A stretch of DNA of 63,710 bases, counting the filler, from Craspedostauros australis (Eukaryota): assembly GCA_030167865.1 (NCBI GenBank). It is 19 parts of 19 records of this genome, joined end to end, with 100 filler letters (N's around TTAATTAATTAA, not from the genome) between each part and the next. Parts side by side here need not be neighbours in the genome. Positions count along the whole stretch, not along the records: positions 1 to 1,598 come from JALAGF010001448.1; positions 1,699 to 4,052 come from JALAGF010001449.1; positions 4,153 to 17,827 come from JALAGF010001450.1; 16 more parts are not named here. One strand, 5' to 3'. Under the pieces are notes generated by a model that saw only the letters and a list, made by a program, of their open reading frames with translations, was not told where the DNA came from and searched no databases. The position numbers were made by a program, and so were the translations under genes. Of the stretch, positions 1-10,803 are shown piece by piece (position 1 is the first letter of the stretch; every line of letters starts with the position of its first letter).

Positions 1-556
1 TTCATACCATTGGAATGTCATCTTTTTGTCTTGTCATGGTATTGCTTTGGAGCATGCTTGTGATTTCATTGTTTGCTTTTCGGTTTGGTGTGCCGAGTCT
101 TACAACCTTGTTCTCATGGATGAGGAGAGAGTTCTGTGGTACTGGATCTCATCCATGATGATCCCGTTCTTTGCGATGATGTGATGGATTGTACCAACTT
201 GGTCAAAATCTGTTCCTGTTCCTGAGATGCTCTATAGTAACTTTGCGTGCACAAAATGTAGAAGTTGTTTTCTTTGTTTTTCTCAAGTTTATAATTCTCA
301 CGATCTGAGTCGAGAGCATTTCGTTTATCTGCCTTTCGCGTGTATCCACGTGTTAATTTCATTTTCGTGGGATGCCTTTCGCATGTATTCACGTTATGAT
401 CACATTTTCGTTGTTTGTCTTTCGCGTTCATAATCCGTTTGATTTTCGTGTCGTTGTCTGTCTTCTTGCACAGATCTGTTGCATCTGCGTAGGTGAGCTG
501 ATATGCTATTGATGCTGCTTTTCCCTACTGTTGGCGCGGATCTCTCTGGAGTGCAT

Positions 557-1598
557 TCAGGTTGTGCGGTGTCGTTTCTTGCTGCGAGCCTTCTGTTCAG
601 CGGCAAATTGAGCTGCCGCTCGTTTCTTCATCTCTGTTGCAGCCTTCCTGTTGTCTGCCTCCCTCCTTGCTTGCGATTCTTCTTCATCCTGTGCGTCATC
701 TCCACCCTCTTGGGTAACTTGTGCTACTGCTGCGACTGCCACTGCTGCCGCTGCTGGCCTGCCATCTGTTCCAGTTTCTTCAGCTTCTCCAGCTCGTTCG
801 TGACCATTCTGAACTGCCACGACTGCAGGTTGAGCAGTCTCCTTCAATCCTTTCCCAACCTTTGTGCACCATTCAGTGTCTTTGCCATGCAGGATGTGGT
901 GGCATGTGTTGGGAACCACCAGGACCTTGTCTCCATCGGGTACCTTCAACATTGCCAGATGACCTGGGATGCCACACTTCTCCATCCATGCAGACTTTTC
1001 CTTTTTCTTTCTGCTTGCTCCACAGACAGTGAGATGACATCCTGTACAATATGTTGTGACTTGCAGGTTGCATACCACACAGCTTCTCTTCTTCTTTGGA
1101 ACCGTCACAAGGGTATGGTCTCCTTTGTGCAGGCCTTCAATGAACGATGCCTCTGAGACAGTCCTCTCAGCTGGGGGCTTACCAAGGATGGCCAACAACG
1201 GCTGCCGAGTCTCTGGCACTCCATTCAATTTGAACTTGCCACCATGGCATGACTTGACACCACTGGGAAGACTGAGGGTTTTTTCGATGTCTCTGAGCCT
1301 TGTCTCGTCATTTGTTTCACGTGCCAGTCAGGTTTGAGTGTAAGCCACAGCCAAGTGGTGGGATAGGCGTTTGGTAATGGCAGCAAGGGAGTCACGGTAG
1401 CTCCACTTCTTGTTCATCTTGTTCCGAAGATGGATCAACGATGGTGATCGATCGAGATCTGCATTTGTCTCAATTGCCCTGTTGTCCGTGATCTGGATTA
1501 GCTTGTGCACGAGTGTCATCATCAGTTGCATCAGACGCGACACGAGTACGCATTGGAAGGAGACTTTTGGGGGCTTCACCTTGTGCTGTTCCATCAAT
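557..1598 (-). pseudogene. piggyBac-like transposase, C-terminal part with Cys-rich domain
   Basis: ORFs 1328-1597 and 557-1228 share a frame and are separated only by TGA at 1330-1328. KKRSCVVC...TTYCTGCHLTVC...CHHILH resembles the piggyBac C-terminal zinc-binding domain. Confidence 0.6.
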
Positions 1599-1698
1599 NN
1601 NNNNNNNNNNNNNNNNNNNNNNNNNNNNNNNNNNNNNNNNNNTTAATTAATTAANNNNNNNNNNNNNNNNNNNNNNNNNNNNNNNNNNNNNNNNNNNN
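1599..1698. other. Artificial scaffold spacer, first of 18. Others start at 4053, 17828, 20878, 24492, 25872, 27892, 29195, 30975, 32632, 33966, 37827, 39104, 43593, 47579, 52187, 61070, 62566
   Basis: Identical 100-bp N44-TTAATTAATTAA-N44 block each time. The 12-mer gives stops in all six frames and flanking sequences are unrelated. Confidence 0.97.
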
Positions 1699-2147
1699 AA
1701 GCATAGCTCTACCGCCCCGCACAGTATACTACTTCAAATCGGATCCTGGAAGAGAGGCATGATTGGTTCAAACAGTCCCGCCCACCAATGACACGGATGC
1801 ACGATACATTCAAACCAAAAGAGGAGAAACTTCAGATAGCAACGCGAATGCCAAGCAACTCAATGAAGCAACATCNNNNNNNNNNNNNNNNNNNNNNNNN
1901 NNNCACAGTTACAATGCATTCCTAAGTTGCTAGTTGTCACCAGAGCCAAGCAGCGTCCTCGTCCAAACCAGGCGAGTCCACTGCTGGGAAACAACACGCT
2001 TCCTCTGCGCAACATGACGCAGGAGCTCGACAAACCAAACGAGCACCTCACACATCAGAAAAACACAATCAACACAAGACAATCGACAACCCAACGAACA
2101 ACAACAGCAACAGTGTGACAAACCATCACACCAAACCAACCATCAAC

Positions 2148-3734
2148 ATGTCCACCCAAGTCCGACGCACCGGAGGCCGCACCACGGCTGAAGCCCGAAA
2201 CGCTGCAAGCGTGGCGCTCGCTCGGAAGGCAGACCGCAACAAACGCAACAAAGAGAACGACGATGATGACCAAGACCCCACCAAAGAGGACCTCGGCAAC
2301 AACGAGGGAACCCCCGATGGAACCAATGGAGACATCATCATTCCACCTGGCAACAATCCGCCTCCACCAGCAGATCCAGCAAACAACCCTGCAGGCAATG
2401 GAGGAGACGGAGGTGGAGGAGACGACAACGACGACGACGACGACAGCGATGATGAGGATGACGACGACGACGATGACAACGACGATGAAGAAGAAGAAGA
2501 CATCGAACCAGCCATCCGCAGACGCCGCACGAACACGTTCGCACTCACCCCAGCAAGGCTGCACAACAGGCCACTCAACTGGGAACGCAAGCGAGACGTG
2601 AGCATTTACAACAAGGCGATCGAACCGCTCCAGCACGAGTTCGGAGTGGAGTCACAGTCCATCAATGTGTTCCTCAACGACTTGCGCAACCGAGCAACTC
2701 TGTCCAACTGGTGGCCAACACTCACATTCCACGTCCAAGGAACATCATACAACCTCATCGATGAACATGGAATGATCCCCTACGAGTCACTCAGAGCACA
2801 TTGCCAAGTGATGATCAAGTCCCCAACCAGAGACGCGCAGAACTCACAAATGATCTTTGCATGCCTCTCCAACTCACTCACGGAGAGCGGCAAATCACGA
2901 ATGGGACTGGAGGTGAAGAAGTATACGGTCCGCAAGGAACAGTGTGGACTTCTCTACTTCAAGGTGCTCATGATGCTCTCTCAAGTCGACACCAACGCCA
3001 CCGTGTCCGTCATTCGAACCAGACTCGCATCGCTGGACGACAAGATCATCGAGCTCGAAGGAAATGTCACAGAGTTCAACGAGTACGTCAAGCAGCAACG
3101 CAATGACCTCGCGTCACGTGGAGCCAAGACGCTCGACCTCCTGGTCAACCTCTTCAAGGCATACCGCACTGTGGAGGACCCAAGGTTCGTGTCATACATC
3201 AGCACGAAGGAGGACTTGCACAACGAAGGCGGAGACCTCTCAGCAGATCAACTCATGTCACTTGCAGACACCAAGTACAAGACCATGGTCGAGAACGGAA
3301 CATGGAAGGAACCCACAGAGGCCGATCGAAAGATCGTGGCGCTCACCGCCCAGATCGATCAACTCAAGAAGAAGGCCAAGGGCAACAACAAGAAAGGAAA
3401 CGACAAGAAAGGCAGCAACAGCAACAAGGACAAGGGCAAAGAGAAGAAGAACGGCAAGAAGGAGAAGGGAAAGGGCGATACTCCCTGGTACCTGACTCCT
3501 CCCAACGCCGGGGAACCGCACAAGAAGTCCGACAAGAATGGCAAGGACATCTGGTGGTGCCCGAACCACGGCGACAAGGGCAAGTGGGTCCGTCACGATC
3601 CCAAGGAATGCCGCATGTCGAAGGACAAGAAGAAAGAGAAGGAAGCCGACAAGCCACTCAGCAAGGCAAAGGCGGACAAGCTCAGAGTCGCCATGTATCA
3701 AATCATGGAAGACTCGGACGAGGAAGAGTACTGA
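2148..3734 (+). mobile_element. Gag-like protein of a diatom Ty1/copia (CoDi-like) retrotransposon
   Basis: 528-aa ORF from ATG 2148 with acidic N-terminal stretch, helical core, Lys-rich linker and WWCPNH...WVRH...C knuckle typical of diatom copia gags. Confidence 0.75.
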
Positions 3735-4052
3735 AACTCAGGTCGGATCGCAAGAATGGCTCTTGCTATCTGCAGACCACTCCTCAACTCAATCCAACAC
3801 ATCATCACATGGCTCCTGCTCATCACCGCAGAGCTTGTGATGCATGTCACAGGAAAGATTGTGTGGGCGGTTGGAGCAGCAATGACGACAGCAACCGGTA
3901 AGGTTATCCGTCGCCAATGCTTCAAGCGCCGCAGGCTCAAGCCAAGCCGCAACAGGTGCCGACGCATCTACGCTTACAGCACCAAACATCGCAGAGCCAA
4001 GATAGTGACAAAGAGACCGACGGGTCCCCTCACTCAGCTCTGGGCGATGGCA
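3735..4052 (+). mobile_element. In-frame continuation after the gag stop (hydrophobic then basic segment), cut by scaffold end
   Basis: Same frame as gag after TGA 3732-3734, open to the gap: IITWLLLITAELVMHVTGKIVWAVGAAM then an Arg/Lys-rich run. Confidence 0.5.
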
Positions 4053-4844
4053 NNNNNNNNNNNNNNNNNNNNNNNNNNNNNNNNNNNNNNNNNNNNTTAA
4101 TTAATTAANNNNNNNNNNNNNNNNNNNNNNNNNNNNNNNNNNNNNNNNNNNNCCCCCTGATTCCTGTTTTTGCTTTGCCTGTTGCCACTTGCACCCGCCA
4201 ACGCATTCTGCGATGCTCTCAATGCTCTCGATGACATGCGTGTTGTTGCCGTTCACTCTTTCTTCGCATGCAGTGCCATGACGAGTACGACGCCGCCAGC
4301 AATGACCGCGCTTTGATGGCGGAACGCTTGTCCCGTCAATTCTCCCATCGATTCTCTCAGACCGATCTCCGAGCTGCCGCCGCGGCTGGAGTAGCAGTCA
4401 AGGACGGCGATGAGGGTTCGGAAGGCGACGGTATCTCCAACAAGGGCATGGAGGATCCCGAAGGAAAGGAAGAGGATGAAGAGGATTCTCCTCGCGTGTA
4501 AGACAAGTGACAATGTGCTGGCTCCAATGGAGGCTGAGAGCTCTCGGACAATGTGTACCCAGCACTATCAGCCGAAGCGCAGAGCACCACCAATCTCAAA
4601 CCCCTGCTGGGTCAGTGCGCACGGAATGATGAGCGAGGACGAGCGAGACTGAAAAATGATGCTCTGGTTCGCTGACGGGCGGCCTCACTTGGATAGAGGG
4701 CTGCAGCGTGCCTTCGCGAATGTGTGCACGTGAATGTTTATTCCTGTGGTCCTTTCGAGGAGCACGGCAGCTTGAGCATACTCGCATGTACTATACGCGT
4801 ACGTGGAGGTCGTAGTGCACACCAGATCTTGAATGATGGATGAC

Positions 4845-4886
4845 ATGAATATGAATGTGAATATGAATGTGAATATGAACGTGAAT
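4845..4886 (+). repeat. (RTGAAT)n hexanucleotide microsatellite
   Basis: atgaat atgaat gtgaat atgaat gtgaat atgaac gtgaat. Confidence 0.85.
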
Positions 4887-5881
4887 GATTAAGAACAGGA
4901 ACATGGATTTCGATGAAGTAATGCACAATCCACACCAACCCTCTCCACGATCGTAACAGTAATGTTTCTGCGCATCTTTGTGTTGGTGCTGGCGCGGGTG
5001 GACGCAGATGACGAAGCAACACCAGCGCTTGTGTCTGTTGCTGTGTTGATTCTCTGTTTCCATGTTGGTCGGTGTTGGCCACTATGCCATGGGGGAAGGG
5101 AAAATGGCGTTTTTATGTAAATGCGACTTGGAAAGAATAGAAAGTGCGCCCATTGTTGATATTTTCCAAATTTTCTTGCTCTTCGTTCGAATCAGCCATT
5201 TCACAGGTTCCACTTTTGCTTTCCTTGTGCATTCACGACTTTCCTTCGACTCGGGACAACAAGCCCATAGTTAGGATTCGGGCCCAGTCGACACGAATCG
5301 GTAGGAGATGCCTCGTGATTCTGCCAGTTTCGAGATAACCGTTTGATGCAGTTCAAGAGGGGCGTACTGGATTGAGGATGTGTTACTTGTAACGATGAGT
5401 AGATGAGTGAGTGCTTTGGTACTAATCTCTGTCTGTTTATTATGAGTTAGTTAGTAGTGTTTGGTAGGATGAAGAAACAATGTCACACAGCTTGATAGGG
5501 CCCTGCACTGATGTACTTGGTTCAGTGCTTTGAGGGCAGGCGATGATTACAGCTCCTTGCTCTCCTTATGCGTGGACACACTGCAGTGTAGATCATGACA
5601 CTCAATGGAGGTGGTCATGAAGCAATGGCTGTGGTTGGAGTTCACTCTCGGATTCCCTTGCTTGAGTTGAAGCAGGGTGGATACACGCACCAAGACTATG
5701 GTGATGATGTGGTAGTTGTTGGCATTGAGGGAATCGAGGTATGTTTTAGCGAAAGGATCTGAGGAGCATATAGTTCCCAAGGTGAGATGTGAGTCAGGTC
5801 GGCCATGTCTTGAGTCGTGATGGATTCATGAATGGAGGAGAGAAAAGGGGAGAAAAGATTTGGTGGTCGATCAAGTCGGAT

Positions 5882-5967
5882 GATTTCGCGCCAAAACAAG
5901 AATTTCTCCCGTCGGAGGTGGATACCTTGTCCGGCAATAGTCTGTCCCTTATTGAATCTCAACTCCC
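5882..5967 (+). repeat. Dispersed repeat, second copy at 25972-26055
   Basis: gatttcgcgccaaaacaagaatttctccc...tgaatctcaactcc occurs on two different scaffolds. Confidence 0.8.
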
Positions 5968-6558
5968 ATCATCCATTGCGACTTCGTCCGTATTTCGCAT
6001 CCACACTTCACGACGGTCCTCCCTGTGGCAACTAATAGTAGTCCAGCCTACCATACTGGCAATGCAAGTTGCTTCTCTCTTCCTCCTTGATAAATCGATA
6101 ATGAAAACGAGGTGAACTTGCTGAACGCCGAAGGGTGATCAATCCGTGGTAGTGCAGTAGGTGAACGAGGTTGTTGTTGATTGTGTGTCTTAGTCTTAAA
6201 GCTGTACGAATCCAAATGAGACTTTCAAAAGGATTGTGAGCATGTGATGTGCAGCATCTATTATAGTTGGATCTGCAGCATCTCTATTAGTAGTAACATA
6301 GTGGAGCGTTGAGTCTCCGTACGTGCAATCATCGCGATGTCGATGTTGCCATTTCCAAGAGGAGACATCAATTTCGTGACTGTCGGAGAGAGAGTTTGTT
6401 GTTCACTCTCTTCCGATCAATTTGGGGGAACAAGGTTCATCCAACGGTTTGACCCGATTGTCCGTTCAGGACAGGTCATGTCACGCCCATAAGTGGCGTG
6501 GGATGGCACGATCGCCCAAACCCAAATTCAGCGGACACGTGACATCGTCTTAAGTAGA

Positions 6559-6680
6559 GCACGATTCGAGGGTGGGACCCCATCCCACCGACATCGAGTC
6601 ACGCTTCAATCCCGCTCAAACTCTGAGCAGTCGGTCATTTGATTAACACGACCAATAGGAATACTAGTTTGAGCTAATAC
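6559..6680 (-). mobile_element. Terminus of an unclassified element, reverse complement of 47441-47578
   Basis: Near-identical match with one indel. Both copies stop matching at gtattagctcaaactag. Confidence 0.8.
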
Positions 6681-6866
6681 TCCTCATGCATGCTCTGTAC
6701 AGTTCTTTTTCTGTTGCTGTTGTTGTACCAAATAGACTATAATCTATGACTATGTGCTGCAGGTGCTTTTGTACCACCTCGTTTATTCTACATGAGTCAT
6801 GTAGTGGGAACGAATAATGTTGGCAGGTCTTGCCTTGCTGTGTGGTCTCATACAATTGTGTATGCC

Positions 6867-7791
6867 TGTCAGGAATCGGGTGTTGTGAAACACCGAATTG
6901 CCGCACCTCCCAAGAGTGCGGAGTTGAGCATTGTGGAATGCTACATTACCGCACCTCCCAATAAGTCAAGAGTCAGGAGTCGAATGTCATGATATGATAC
7001 ATTACCACAACCCCCACCTGTGGATCTTTGTGACAGGAAAATGTGAGCTGCACGTGTTTTGTGATGGAGAACGACACGTGCCGAATGCGAACCGGACTAT
7101 GGTGTCCGTGACCTCAATGCAGAAATACCAATCACACGTGTATGTCGCAGGGGGCAGGGATGTTGGAATCGTGACCAACATCACGATAGGAGCGACTACG
7201 GCCCCCATGTCGCAACCAATGAAAAAGAGTACTGGAGGAAGGCCAATGTCACGAAGTGTGAGACGGCCTGTGAACGAACCAGTGATGACGAACTTCCAGG
7301 AAGCCAGTGAAGTGATCAGCGAAGAAAACATCAGAAACGACCGGAGAAGATCGGAGATGATCGGAGATGTGGAATGATGAGGAGCTGAGAGAGACCCTAC
7401 CCAGGGTGCTCCTGTGACGAGTGGGAAATCGTGATCTGATCGAATGAACCAATCTGTGTGATGCCTACGACTCAGCGATGTCTACGCTAATGAAACTATT
7501 GGTAGAGGGCAGGAGATGGAATATCTGAGATGCATGATGAGATACATGATGAGATGAACCAATACTGCAAGATGAGATGTACATGGAGTACATGCTGCAT
7601 GACATGATGAAGCAGGAGGACAGCACTGCATGAGCAAGGGCAAGACTGTGTGCTACTGTGGAATATGTATGCTTTGGCAAATGGAATTGAAAGTGATGAA
7701 GATGTTGTACTCACAGTTCCAACAATGCAATAACAGGAATAGGTAACCAGATACTACTACAAAGAGACTGGGGTACCCCGGATTTCCAACA
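6867..7791 (-). mobile_element. Solo LTR, family A (925 bp) with 6-bp TSD
   Basis: Minus strand reads TGTTGGAAATCCGGGG...ATTCCTGACA. Perfect direct repeat TATGCC at 6861-6866 and 7792-7797. Its 5' part matches 20630-20877. Confidence 0.88.
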
Positions 7792-8028
7792 TATGCCCGT
7801 ACAGATAAAATGTACATGTGCGAGACACGCATGACAGTGCCAGCTGCCCTTGCAGTGACTCCTGTGAGGCGTGCCGGGCATGTGGTCATGCCGGACACGG
7901 TTGGATGCAGATGGTGTACGGTGCAGCCATGCTGGATGCTCTGGAGAAACAGTGGCCTCCATATGCGGCTTGCCATGTGTCACGGCTAGCAGCCACTCTG
8001 CTAGAGTTGGCCCGGTTTCTGGTAGGTG

Positions 8029-8378
8029 TGTTGGCAAGTTCCGCACACGGATGCGTACGATCATGGAAGATAGTGTTGGTTGATAGTCGTTCTGTTTGCT
8101 ATTTCATTACGTTGGTACTCCGATCCTCTCGGTGTCCGTCCTCTTGCCCGATGCTCTTGGCGCGTTTGTCTGTTTCGTAGATTGGGTCTCTGACTATGAG
8201 TCGGTACGCGAGATGCTCTCTCGCTGCTATTCGTACTCTCTCTCTCTCTCTTCTCAATGTTGCGTGTTCATGCTTCACGACACTCCGTGTTCGATGCGTA
8301 CTCCGCACTCGACACTCCGTTCGTTCACTACTGGTTCCTACTCCATGAGTACTTACCACTTGAACTCCTCTTCGTGTA
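8029..8378 (-). mobile_element. Truncated LTR, family B (3' portion), inverted relative to the adjacent copy
   Basis: Starts tgttggcaagttccgc, the reverse complement of the family-B end GGAACTTGCCAACA. Matches 10370-10620 and about 18270-18621. Confidence 0.85.
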
Positions 8379-8776
8379 TGTCGAGATGTACATGCGTGTG
8401 TATGCCAAGATGTACGTGTATATGTGCATCGTTCACCTGTTATTCTCTTATACATATGTGTACGGTAAAACTACATTCGTGTCAATAGTATGCTGTGATT
8501 TGTCAGAATTACAGTGGAAATGGAACACACGAAAATGAGCAGAATTTCTGGAGGAAATTTGCAATCGACGATTTCTGAGAGAATCAGGAATATCGTTCGT
8601 CCATCCATCAACGGAAACGTATGGTATCGAGCGAAGCTCGATGTACCTCCCAACTAAACCTCAGATGACGATATCATCTGCCAGACCACTGCATCATCAA
8701 TGGAACATGACATCTGGAGAGCAGAAGGGCACCTACTGACGTCGACAGGATGTCATCGTGTCACCACGTCGACATC

Positions 8777-9303
8777 TAATAGAGCTAAACTAGTAACTAT
8801 CTTAGAGAGGGACACTACGAACCGCCCGACTCATCTGCAGTCCAGTCGATCGAATACACGCCTCACCCGCACCCACGTTTGGGGACCGATCCAGAGCATT
8901 GAAGTAGATCTTTGGGACCCGTGTCAAGGAACCAGAAGGGTTCCGATAACCAGGTCACCGAAACCCATCCTCGCTGAAATGCCGACACATGGGAACGGCG
9001 CCTCAGCAACGCACATCAACACCTTTTGTCTCTCGCAGAACTCAACCAAGGGATCTCAACCCATGGTGCTCGGGCTACACGACCCGTACACACAGTCACC
9101 CAGGACACCACAGGAGATCCTCCCCGCAGGGAAGAACCAAAGCACTATTCTCATAATCCACACATTTCTTCACCCATCATCAGTATTCTCAATTGACTAC
9201 TTGTGATCTAGAAGACTCATGTTCGCACTGCTTGCCAATCAAGCCTCTGCCCTACTGCAAACACCAGCCAACAAGACAACAGCCATCCATTTGGGCTCTA
9301 TTA
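8777..9303. mobile_element. 527-bp non-coding insertion with TA...TA ends, 9-bp terminal inverted repeat and 5-bp TSD
   Basis: TAATAGAGC...GCTCTATTA flanked by ACATC (8772-8776, 9304-9308). The empty site is visible at about 18202. Confidence 0.85.
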
Positions 9304-9459
9304 ACATCTTTCTCCATGTCAGAAGCAGAAGGCGAAGATTCGATGACCAAAGGGCATCGAGATCATGGGTACATGAAGAGGAGTTCAAGTGGTAAGTACT
9401 CATGGAGTAGGAACCAGTAGTGAACAAACAGAGTGTCAAATGCAGAGTACGCATCAAAC

Positions 9460-10363
9460 TGTTGGAAATCCGGGGTTATTGTTAGTACTGTAATCTAATC
9501 CGCTGTTAGAAACTGTACCGTTTTAGAACTGTGAGCACAATCTCACTTTCTCTTCCGATTTCATTTTTCATGGTAGGCATCTGTCGCGGTGGCGACATGG
9601 GGCATCCTGTTGTCTCTTAGGTGCTTCTCTCTCCATTCATCATGCTCTGTTCTTGCTTCCTTGTCTCGGCATCATTGTTGCTTGCCTCTGCATGTTCGTA
9701 GCCGTCTACGCTTGCATGGTAGGAATCTGCAGTCCTGAGCGCTTGCCTATCATCTGCTCTCGTTGTTAGTCTCATGACGCCATCGTCCCACGATCGATGT
9801 CAGCCTTGGTGATGTTCCAAACCTGTGGACGTTCTTGTCCGCAGGAGGGGCGCGTCCTGTCCTCTGAAGGGGGTGCGTCACTTGCCCATCGGCCGGCTGT
9901 TCTGATCGACGTCGTTGTCTGCATGGTTGCCATGGTTTGTCGAAATTCCCCGTAGTCCCAAAAGTAACGTGCTCCTGTAACGCTCAGGAGTGATCGATCA
10001 TGCGCTTGCCACGTTGACGGTGAGGGGGAATTTGTTGTTTCTGTACTCTATTCTGGTTTAGTCCCGTACAATCGGGAATTACTGATGTCACACATCTCGA
10101 CAATGGTTGGTTTGGTATTGGGACCTCCTGATCTGCCATGGGTGTTGTCCTTATGTTACCAGAGGACAGACTACCCTCCTCACGGTAGTACAGGTGCCAA
10201 TCACGTCCGTATCCTTAGTCATAGTCATAATGATATGGTATACAAAGGTGTGACAAATAGTCTCCGAACATGTGACGAATAATATTCAAAGCTGTGACGA
10301 ATAATGTTGGGAGGTGCGGCAATCACGGGTATTCCGACAAAGTCGTACCCTCAATTCCTAACA
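9460..10363 (+). mobile_element. Solo LTR, family A (904 bp) nested in LTR B
   Basis: TGTTGGAAATCCGGGG...ATTCCTAACA with flanks TCAAAC/TCGAAC (6-bp TSD, one transition). Empty site catcgaacac at about 18349. Confidence 0.85.
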
Positions 10364-10803
10364 TCGAACACGGAGTATCGTGTAGCACAAGCACACGATA
10401 TGGAGAGAATACGAAGAGCAGCGAGAGAGCATCTCGCGTACCGACTCATAGTCGGAGACCGAATCTACGAAATAGAGAGACATGCTGAGAGCATCGGGCA
10501 AGAGAACGGAGACACCGAGAGGATTGGAGTGCTCAACATAACGAAATAGCAAACAGAACGACTATCAACCAACACTGTCATCCATGATCGCAAGGTATCC
10601 GTCCGCGGAACTTGCCAACATGACTGCAGGTTCTGTCACTCAACTGGGTCACAATTCAAAAACCAAACAATCTCCTCACCAACAACAACAATCTGATCAC
10701 TCCATGTTTCGGTGCGGAATCCCATCTTTGATTTTGTTCTAACATCTCCACAGACATGAAAACCCTCATTAGAGATATTAATACGAGCCATAGATATCTT
10801 TGA

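Larger units (their letters stand above)
8379..10620 (+). mobile_element. LTR family B (~800 bp once two nested insertions are removed)
   Basis: TGTCGAGATGTAC...GGAACTTGCCAACA. Segments 8379-8776, 9309-9459 and 10370-10620 are collinear with the uninterrupted copy at 17928-18621, and 29295-29545 confirms the 5' end. No TSD found. Confidence 0.82.

Noticed and set aside
1643..1654. Recurring TTAATTAATTAA as piggyBac TTAA sites or a regulatory motif
   Set aside because: Always centred in fixed N runs, so it is a synthetic spacer. ORFs ending in XXX-LIN are artefacts of it.
4274..4501. Possible terminal exon after a pyrimidine-rich AG acceptor
   Set aside because: Short, with no recognisable domain. 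Cannot be supported without transcripts.
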